Shown in pieces: positions 35,284 to 44,833 of a stretch of DNA of 57,652 bases (positions are counted from its first letter, which is position 1; each line of letters begins with the position of its first letter). Where the stretch lies: the NCBI RefSeq assembly GCF_037042905.1, contig NC_087250.1:28460001-28517652 (forward strand), given 5' to 3'. Made by a program: the position numbers and the translations under genes. The DNA comes from Lytechinus pictus. Lineage: Eukaryota. Below the pieces are notes generated by a model that was not told where the DNA came from, did no database searches, and saw only the letters and a list, made by a program, of their open reading frames with translations.

Positions 35284-37065
35284 AGAAAAAAAAAAAAAAA
35301 AAAATTGTCTGCCCTTTTATTCACTGACGTTTGTCCCCTGAATGTCCTCCTACTAGGGCAGGCAAGTGATGTGGATGCCCGAGACGTGCTGCGCCTGTTT
35401 AACCCCCTAGTTAGCTTTCAAGACCCCTAATTTTTGAATATCGAATATCGAATATTGGTCCAACTTCACACGTGTTTGAATATCGAACCTGAATATCAAA
35501 CCAACTTCACAGTTTGAATATCGGATATCGAACATCCAACCAACTTCCTGCCGGTGTATGTGCGAAAGACAAAATCACAGAGCAGGAAGTGGAAAGCGAG
35601 TACCCGATTTCGTTTTCGCTGTCTGCGTTTTCCAAACAGAATCAGGGGGTAGAAAGCGTGTTCTGATTTTGTTTTTGATATATAACAAACACAAGTATAG
35701 AATGAGGTATCAGAAAGAGCCCAAAAGTATTTCTGATTTCATTCTTCTGTTTTTGATCTCCAAAAACGAAATCACAACAGGTTTTTCTCGTTGTGATTTC
35801 GTTTTTGTGTTTTCAAAGACCGAACCATGAGGTTGACTTCCGTTTTTGCTCTGCGATGATCGGGAATGAAAAACGAATTATCCATTAGTACCCTGATTAT
35901 TATCGTATCATTTCCCCATTGCTTATTGTTACCATGTTCGGTGAATAGTTGCGAGTTGATTTGTCCTGCTGATGATTGTAAGTAGGATGCAGTAATTGAT
36001 TCTCCGAGTGTTGGTGATAATTGAGTGGTATGTATATACTGGTTGATAGTGAAGTGTGATGTACCCTGCAATGCTGTTGCGCCGTATATTGAATGTCCTT
36101 GTGATGAAATTGGCTGATAAGCGTAAGTTGAGTTTTGTGATGACATGAATGGGTATTGTGGTCTTTCATCTGTATGAAATTGTAGATTTGGATCAGTAGC
36201 ATGTACACCATACGCAGTAGACATTAGACATTGTCTTGCGATTTGCTGAGAGGCCTCGTTCGGTGGCGCACTCTGTATGATATTCCTACCCTGTGTAATG
36301 TCTCCTTGATTTTGACTAGCCGATGATTGTCGCTGAATAAACGGTTGAACGAATCTGCTTTGGTGTGCAAATTGCCCTGTATCTACTGGAAAATGAGTGT
36401 TACAGGGAACCTGTTGGTATGCGTGCGCTGGCGTGCGCTGGCATTTGCGACTGGAGGAAAGCACATTGTACTTGCACTGACCCCGATGATGGGAACCAAT
36501 TACTAGGTTGGTTTCCTGCCTGCGTGGCCGTCCACTGTGGATCAGCCAGAGAGTTCGGATCTCCGGTTGTGGATTGCACTGATAGCTGAAGAGAGTGCTG
36601 CTCACCTGTTCTGAATCCATGAGCTTGATGATAATAATGCAACACTGATGGTCCCGTCTGATTCGTGTATGATTGCAAATGGAATAAACCCTGGTCCTTT
36701 GCGTTGGTCATGTGAGAAGGACAAGCCTGGTATGATACATCAGTATGGGTTGGTTCTATGGCAAAATGAGTAACTGGCACTAGAGGTGATTGATAATTCA
36801 ACAAGGGGGACATTTACTCTGGAGGAACTGGGGGTATTCCGTACCAAGTAGCTTCTTCGAACTGGGATGGGGATATTTCACCAACTCTTGTTGAGGGCAA
36901 TGTTGGAGGAGCTACCTTCTCGTAGTATGGCAACTGCCTGTGTTCCTCTGGCAATGCTTTCCAATTAGAATTGTTAGTGAAGAAAGGGTTCTGGAGTGGA
37001 GACAAAACAATAAAACATCACAATAAATGACAGTAATTCTGGATACGCACAATAATGCAAATATA

Positions 37066-38301
37066 CAGAGTGAGTCAGAAAAAATGTCCCACTTTGGTAA
37101 AGTTAAATTGTTTAAAATATGAATATTTAATCATTAGTTTCATGATATGTCTTGATAGAGGTATCCTCCAAGTGCATTCAGGTACCATTTTCATTTGATC
37201 CCGTGCACGCATGACTGAACATCGGACAATCTTTACAAGACTGTCGGATCTCACTTGCGCCAAGTTACTGGGTGATGAATAAAACAGTGCTTTAGACAAA
37301 GACAGTCAGACAGACAGACTGGCATGCTCACAAACACACACACGTACGCACACACAGACACACACACACATGCACACACACCCCCAGACCCACTCAAACA
37401 TGCACACACAAGCCGTTGGGCTGACTCCTTGCTGTTCTGCGACGACCTGAATGCCCTGCGTTGAGGTTGGTACTCGTTCCTGTTCGGTGATATTTCTGAA
37501 CATTCCGGAGAACAGTCTTTCTGCTGGGACACCGAACATCTGGGTAACGGCGGCGAAACCCTTGCAAAACAACTGCTACACTCTGAGTCTTTGCATACTC
37601 GGTGACTCGGTGACCATAAATGACCTATGTTGTGGTGTGAATTGAGGACGAACCATGATTCGTGTACTTTTGCTACTGTAAAAAGAGGCTCAAGTGACTG
37701 CTGCCAAATCAGGCAAGCCCTTTTATAGGCAAGTGCAACAAAAGCACAGACATCCATTGTAAATTTTCATTGTTAAACAACAAAAGACATAACCAGCATA
37801 TTGGATTTATGTGCACTTGATGATGATGATGAAGATCAAGATCAAGATGAAGATGATGACAATGAGGATGATGATGATGATATGATGGTGGTAGTGAATG
37901 TGTTTTAAGGGGAAAGATTGTCGGGAATTGCCACTTAAACATTCAGCGATCTTGCTAAAAATCAATGCTTAATCAGAAAGGAGAAAATTATGAACCAGTT
38001 ATTACCATGTGTGTTGTGTGTGTTTGTGGGTGTTTGTGTGTGTGTGTTTCAGTCTGTCGGACTGTCTTTGTTCAAAAGAGTGTTTTATTCCCCACCCTGT
38101 AACTTGGCGCAAGTGAGATCTGACAGTCTTCTAAAGATTGTCCGCTGTTCAGTCATGCGTGCAGGGGATCAAATGAAAAAGGTACCTGAATGTACTGGGA
38201 GGATACCTCTATCAAGACATATCATGAAACTAATGATTAAATATTCATATTTTAAACAATTCAACTTAACAAAAGTGGGACATTTTTTCTGACTCACTCT
38301 G
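37066..38301 (-). mobile_element. Internally deleted Tc1/mariner element with a DUF4817-type transposase N-terminal remnant
   Basis: TA TSD; ~250-bp TIRs CAGAGTGAGTCAGAAAAAATGTCCCAC; 37656 to ~37415 reads MVRPQFTPQHRSFMVTE/YAKTQSVAVVLQGFRRRYPDVRCPSRKTVLRNVQKYHRTGTS..SGRRRTARS. Confidence 0.85.
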
Positions 38302-39399
38302 TATAGAAAAAAACAGAAGAACCAGCACTCAACTGTAGTTCATTCTTCCCATAGTATTATTAACAATATCAATTCAGTTTATACAAATCATGAGAGTTTA
38401 TTGCTCTTCCTGGTATATCCTGGTATATCCAAAATGCTAAACGTGTCATGGAGGAGGAGATGGAATAGCTCAACCGGCGTCATGTAGTAGGGTGAAATAG
38501 GTTATATTCTTTGATAGATTATATTTCTTAAATGACACATCCACTCGAACTATAAAAAAAGTTGTCTTGAATGAAAAGCGCAAAATCCAACAAGCTCAAC
38601 ACTGTAAAATAAGAAAGAAATGACATTTTAAATGTTCGGATTAGTCTCACAAAACAGTTATGCGCTCATCCTGTCCGGGTTGATATGGAAATGAGGGAAC
38701 AGATGATATCATCCACTCACTGCATTTCACTTTTCCGTACAATAATATAAATAAAACATTTTAATTTTCTCCTCATTCCCATACGAAAAAACAATTATCT
38801 CTCTCGGAGCATATGGAATTACCATGATGTTAACGTTTTGTGGCTCAGTCAATTTTATTGGTCATTGTCGTCAGATGTGTAGAACTGAAATATTTAAGCA
38901 ATAAAAACAACATGTTTTTTGTTCTTCCTTTACACTTTTACAGGGTTCCTTAATTGAAAACCTCACCACCGTATAATGTCACAAAATTTAAACGTTATTC
39001 CATAATTGTTTTTAAAAGAAAATAAACTTTCAAGGTGTAAAATGGGGGGGGGGAACACAATAGATTCATGTAGAAAAAATTCACCCAGAAAGTAAAAAAA
39101 TTGTTTTACATATACTTTTTCCATATCATAATACGATTTTCTTTCTGACAAATTTGATGAAAAAAATTGGCAGACGGTGTTGGCATTTGGCTGAAAAGAA
39201 TGCATTTTCCAATGGTTATTCAAATTCAGTTGAGGGCACCATTATTATTTCCATAAAATCTGAATAATTTATTATGTTTTAAAATTTATATGTGTAAATT
39301 ATTACGAGAGAACCAAAGGTAGAGATTTTAACCATATATCACAGACAAAAAATATGCATTATCCCTGATAGCAGAAACTGGTAAAAAAGACGGATCTTG

Positions 39400-39795
39400 C
39401 ACCCGTGAATAACGTCATTATGACGTCGTATATTGACGTCATTATGACGTCTCCAATATTGACTTCGACGTCTTAATGACGTCTTTGCAACGTTTTTATA
39501 ACGTTTTCCTGACCAGTATCAAGGGCCAGATTGACGTCGTGTATTGACGTGATAATAGTATTCGAGAGTCGATTACAACGTCTAAATGACGTCCGTGCAA
39601 CGTATTCTTGACCGCTTTTAGACGTCATATTGATGTAATTATGACGTCTTTAAAAGTCAACTACGACGTCTTAATGACAACTTTGCAACATATTGCTGAC
39701 TAGTAATAGACGTCATGTTGACGTCCCATATTGAAATGAATAAGACGTCGTTTGGAATCAACTATGATATTTTAACGTATTCTGACGTGATGACA
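39400..39795. repeat. GACGTC-rich repeat, probably a MITE fragment
   Basis: Dense TGACGTC / GACGTCA motifs. Confidence 0.6.
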
Positions 39796-41659
39796 TAAAC
39801 ATTTACATTAAATACATGTAATGTACACACACCACTTCAAATACCTTGTCATTGAGGATTATATATTGTTGGTGAATACTGAGGTGGTCTGACAACGTCC
39901 AGTGTTCCCAGTAACAATATAATGATCCTCCATGCCAGGGCCTTGCATAACTTGACCCCCCCCCCAGAAAAAGAATATACACAAAAATGGAAAACGAAAT
40001 CAAATACATGTACGCATTTCAATTAGGAAATCATGACAAATATTGTATTAATAAATAAAGTTGCATAACATGATATTACCAGCAAAAAAAAAGAAAAGAA
40101 AAAGTTTAAAAACTCTAAATAGATAAAAAACACTTTTCTATGAAAATGCAGTATTAGGGTCAAAGGAATGAAATAATTACAATGTTTGTTATACCAACAC
40201 ATAAATACACATTAATACATACATGTAAAAGAGGCATTATGAATAATAATGATCTCCAAGAATTTAGCTTTTTTGTTGAAATTGTAATTAAATAAACATT
40301 CAACTTTAGACAACTATGTAATGTAGGTATACATATACTGTATGTAAAAAAAAAATACCTGAGTTGCAATGATTTCAGGATTTATGGAAGCTTGCATTTG
40401 GGTGAAAGAATCATACATGCACATTAATTCTCATGAAAAGTTTGTGATTGTATAACATTATCAATTAGGGGTAAAAGACAGTAGTTGCAGCAAATAATTA
40501 TTTCTTGAGAAAGTCTTTTGAAATTAAGGTTAATTGTAAAAATATTGTACATGATCTAGATCTGGTACAATAATGTATACCTAAAATCAATAATTATGAT
40601 GATCACTAACACAAAAAAACATATGTGAGACAGGACAGTGTATTATAATAAATTTGAAAAATACCCGACATTTGATAGATTTACATGCTTATTTTGCTCA
40701 TTTCTCAGCAATTACGCATTTTCTTCCCGAGCTATTTGGCACGTATCTGTTACATACAAACACTTTGCTAGTAATTCTATTGGATTCTGTTCGAACTCAT
40801 TTTATGATTGTTACTACAACTGGGAATTTATCTTTAAGGGGGTACTTGTATATGATCCGGGATCAACATAATTATATCTATGATAAATAAAGTAATTTTT
40901 ACCATGCAAAATAGTGAAAATTTTATCAAAATCAGAAAAAAAATAATTACCAAAAATTAATAACAAAAATATTGGTCATTAACACATGCAAGTAGATAAG
41001 TTTATGATATCATGCCAACATTTTTATTGTTCTGTTACCAGATGAAATAATAATTATTTCATGTGTGTAATAAGTATGTCTTCCAATCCCATGTAGCGAA
41101 AGAACTTCCAGCAATAATTAATACAGTTGAGTCACATCAATACAGTTTACAATCCAATTTAAATACACAATTTTATATACAAAATAATAAGTTGGGGATA
41201 CATATACGTGTACGTCTGTATGACATCACATCATCAGCCTGTTACTTGCATACGCTTAGAGGTCTTTTACTAAAATAATGCAGAGCTGAGAATGTCATAC
41301 ATTTCTCTATTATCCCTTGTCCTATTTTGATGAATTTTTCAGTTTTGTTAAAAAGTAATCAAAGGCCATATCCATGGTTACCCTTATGCTTGACCTCAAT
41401 GCCTGTTCGCTTTTACACAACACATTATTGTGTGAGATACAAAGAGCTTTGAGATGCCATCCTAGTCAGCAAATGAGAGAAAAAAATTCAAATTACCAGG
41501 CAGTGACAGTGCTGTTCCAAGTTCAGAGCAAAGATGATCAGGAATGTGGTAGGTCTTCTCAAATTATAAGTTATAAAGTTATAATATTATAAAGTTGCAT
41601 CACCAGTAGCTAATTTGTAGGTGCAGGGTAGACTAAGGATCACAAAAATAAAAAAGCAA

Positions 41660-42830
41660 GTGCGCCTAGAATGAAAATGACGCACAAGGCATTCCTTTTA
41701 ATACATGTAATCTGGACCCCTGTCATTGACTTTGAAAATCAGTAGACGGACACTGATGTTTATGTATGTCCTTTCCTAGCCTCTTGTCGAGGCCCTGGCG
41801 GCTGCTTCCCGAGCGAAGCGAGGGATTTCCTAATTTGCGAAGCGAATTAGGCCTGGCGCGAGCCAGGGCCTCTTGACATCTGAGCTGAATTACATATTTA
41901 TGAGGAACGTCTTCCTAATGAATATACATGAGTCATATTACTGGTCACCTAGTAAACCAATGAAATGTCAAAGCTGTTTCGTCAGCGGGGTTCGGAATAT
42001 TATAGTAGTCCACTATTCTGCAGGGGATTCATTTAATTGCGGGACACTAAAGGGGATATAACCAGTAAAATGCTACAAGTAGTAGTACTACTACTGCTAC
42101 TACTAGTACTGGCCGTAACAGACCCATCACCGCCCCGAAACTTCCCGGCAGATACTGGTCAGCCGCTGGTCAGACGCGAGTCAAGGGGAGGCTCCACTCC
42201 AGCATTACCTCACTGCACAGCGGAGATCGATAATCGACGCACAGTGGAATCGCATGAAATATTACATTTTTTCCATATCCTGTGAATAGATTTACAAAAA
42301 CATCTCGTCCTTTCAGTGCAAATTTCATTTCATCGACTTGCAAATCCTTAAATCGGTCAATATTTAGCATTTTAGAGGCATATTCAATGCTCTTTGATAT
42401 TTCGTCGTCACTCTTCACCAAGAATCCACGGGTCGCCATTTAAGATGAGCTCATGAATATTCAATATGACGTCATAGCGGCCCGCGCTCTCATTTGATGA
42501 TTTTCAACGACCAAGAACATTGGTAAAAACAATAAAAAAACAAAAGAAAGTCGGTGAAATTCGGGTCAGATGTCAAGAAGCCCTGTCTCGCGGCGCTCTG
42601 CTTCGCTGTCTCCCTTGCTTAGCCATGTTCGCTCGGAAAGCAGCCGACAGGGCCTCGACAAGAGGCTAATCCTTTCCTTGACTTGCAGCCAGCGAAGTGG
42701 GCGTATAGCAAATGGCACAATGGATGCAGCATTCTGTACTATCTGCAGTCGGCCAGATCGCCCTAATTTAAGCATGAAGAGCATTACAATAGTCCAGTTT
42801 AGATTGCGCTAAACCACGGACAGCTGTGTG
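41660..42830 (-). mobile_element. Ancient L2 LINE ORF2 fragment, split by the Academ-like element
   Basis: SKLDYCNAL..LQIVQNAAS..LRWLQVKERI (42830 to 42669) continues after the insertion as ..LLIFKV..GPDY (below 41768). Confidence 0.6.
41777..42668 (-). mobile_element. AcademH-like non-autonomous transposon carrying a RecQ helicase fragment
   Basis: TAG...CTA termini (TAGCCTCTTGTCGAGGCCCTG / CAGGGCCTCGACAAGAGGCTA); 9-bp flanks GTCCTTTCC and ATCCTTTCC; ORF 42170-42439 FKDLQ..GRDVFVNLFTGYGK. Confidence 0.85.
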
Positions 42831-43509
42831 GCAAGTAGGGGTATAAAAAGCACTTCCCATTGGCCTTTATTCTTCCAATCTGTTCGATGTTATACTGGTT
42901 GGGAGCAGGTTCCAATAGCGCTATAAAAGGTGTTACGAAACCAGATGACTGGGTGCAGATTCAGGACACATTCCATTTCAAATTACAGCATCTGCAAAAA
43001 TAACAGAAGAAGAGAAACATAAAAACCTTTCCTACATTAACTATTTAATATTCATTAGAAACTAAATGGTTCCAATATCAATTTGCAAACTTTTTAAAAA
43101 TTGATTAAAAAACAATGTGGGGTGTGTTACATATTTTATACTTCAAATATTAACATGTAAAGTCAAGTCGGTGGAGGAGGGCGGGGGGGGGGGGCTTGAT
43201 GCCCTCAAGATCTGCACCTCCAAACCATCTCTGTATAGGGAAGGACATTTTAGAGTAAATTTTTTTGGAAAAAAAAAACATATTTCTTTTTTTTAATTAA
43301 TCATGATTTTAATTCATGCTTTTTTGTGTGTTTTAAATGGTTATGGAATAATTCCATAAGTTTGAATAAGAAATTACAAGTTGCCAATTTCACAAGACCA
43401 AGATCAATTCTGATGTAATCATAAATGCACATGTTAGGTGTGGATGTTTCACTTATGCCTATCTATTATGTTTGAATTGACAACAGCATGAACCTTGTAG
43501 GAGCATTAG

Positions 43510-43951
43510 GTTACACTTCGTAATTCCGAAGGTTCGTGATTCCGAAGGTTCTTTATTCCGAAGGTTCGTAATTCCAAAACACGTAAATTGCCTATACCTC
43601 GATGTTCGTTAATCCGAAAACGTAAAAGGGTTCGTTAATCCGAACATTTGTGGCGTTATTCTGAAGGTTCGTTATTCCGAATGTTCGATAATCCGAAAAC
43701 GAAATAAGGTTCGATGTTCCGAAGGTTCGTTAATCCGAAAACGAAAATAAGGTTCGTTGTTCCGAAGGTTCGTTAATCCGAAAACGAAATAAGGTTAGTT
43801 GTTCCGAAGGTTCGCTAGTCTAAAAAACGAAATAAGGTTCGTTAATCATTTCGTTTTCAGACTAACGAACCTTCGGAATTACAAACCTCATTTCGTTTTC
43901 GGATGAACGAACCTTCGGAATTACGAACCTTCGGAATTACGAATGTATGCG
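43510..43951. mobile_element. Mutator-like foldback MITE built from TTCCGAAGGTTCG repeats
   Basis: GGAGCATTAG on both flanks (43500-43509 and 43952-43961); repeats switch orientation near 43845. Confidence 0.75.
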
Positions 43952-44833
43952 GGAGCATTAGACAAGCTTTGTATCAGAGTGGTTACAAAAAAAAAATTAA
44001 CTGCATCTCATGTTCATGCACATGTAAATAATCAAAATAACACAATAATAATAAAAATCCCTTCCAAAAAGGATAAATTTGTACTCACCATTATATCTGC
44101 ATGAATATTGTTCTTTTAGTCCACCTATAATGATACAGCTGAGAGATGAGAGTCTGGATGATGGTATCAAGATGGAGATGGTGATTCTACAAGGGCTGCA
44201 AAAAAGAAAAGAAAAAAAAGTTTAAAATGTTAACCACAATCATGCCAATAAATTGCAAAATCTACAAGTACATGTCACAGCCATGGCACATGCACAGTAG
44301 GTAAGACGTAAAATATATGGTGTAGTAAGCCTAAGCCCTAAGGGTCCTACAAATAAATCTTTGCATGTGCTACTCATTAATGTGCATGCAATTTCAATGT
44401 TCAATTTCTACATTGAACTGTGACAGCAGTGTCAGTGTGAGGAACCTATTATGCAAAGAGTATCCAGCAACTGTTTGCAGTTTACTTTATGTCACTTCAA
44501 TTTTAGTCTTTTTAACAATAATATGAATCTTTTAAAGTGCATAGCTTTCGGAAAAGGCAGGAGGAACCCTTTTAAATATGGATGGCAAAATGAGGAATTT
44601 GGAAAACTCTGTAGGATTTTTCAGGTAAGTTATGGTATAATTTTCAGATCTGATAATTCTAGATCTAATCATCATCTTGATTTTTAACTTCCACAAATTA
44701 GTAAGACAATCTGTTTAAAAACTTTGAATAATACAATAGTAATAGGCCCTAAATGTGGTTAAGTGAGGCCTTATATTTGTATTCTTTTTAATTTTACTAT
44801 CGGTATTAATATATTATTATTCTTATACTTAAT

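Larger units (their letters stand above)
32660..35898. mobile_element. 3.24-kb non-autonomous DNA element with ~340-bp TIRs and 6-bp TSD ATTATC
   Basis: 32660-33000 is the near-perfect reverse complement of 35559-35898; ATTATC at 32654-32659 and 35899-35904. Confidence 0.9.
32185..36990 (-). pseudogene. Disrupted terminal exon encoding ~516 aa of Q/S/P/H-rich sequence
   Basis: Acceptor ttttgtctccactccag| at 36990. The frame is restored by reading through TAA (36814) and TAG (32449), removing a 10-bp duplication (36421-36440) and excising 32660-35898 with one TSD copy. Confidence 0.75.

Noticed and set aside
32728..35830. Duplicated ORFs 32728-33057 (-) and 35558-35830 (+) as paralogous genes
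   Set aside because: They are translations of the two TIRs of one element.
42170..42439. Host RecQ gene or telomere-linked helicase
   Set aside because: Only a motif Q/I stub, enclosed by TAG..CTA TIRs and a 9-bp TSD, so a transposon origin fits better.
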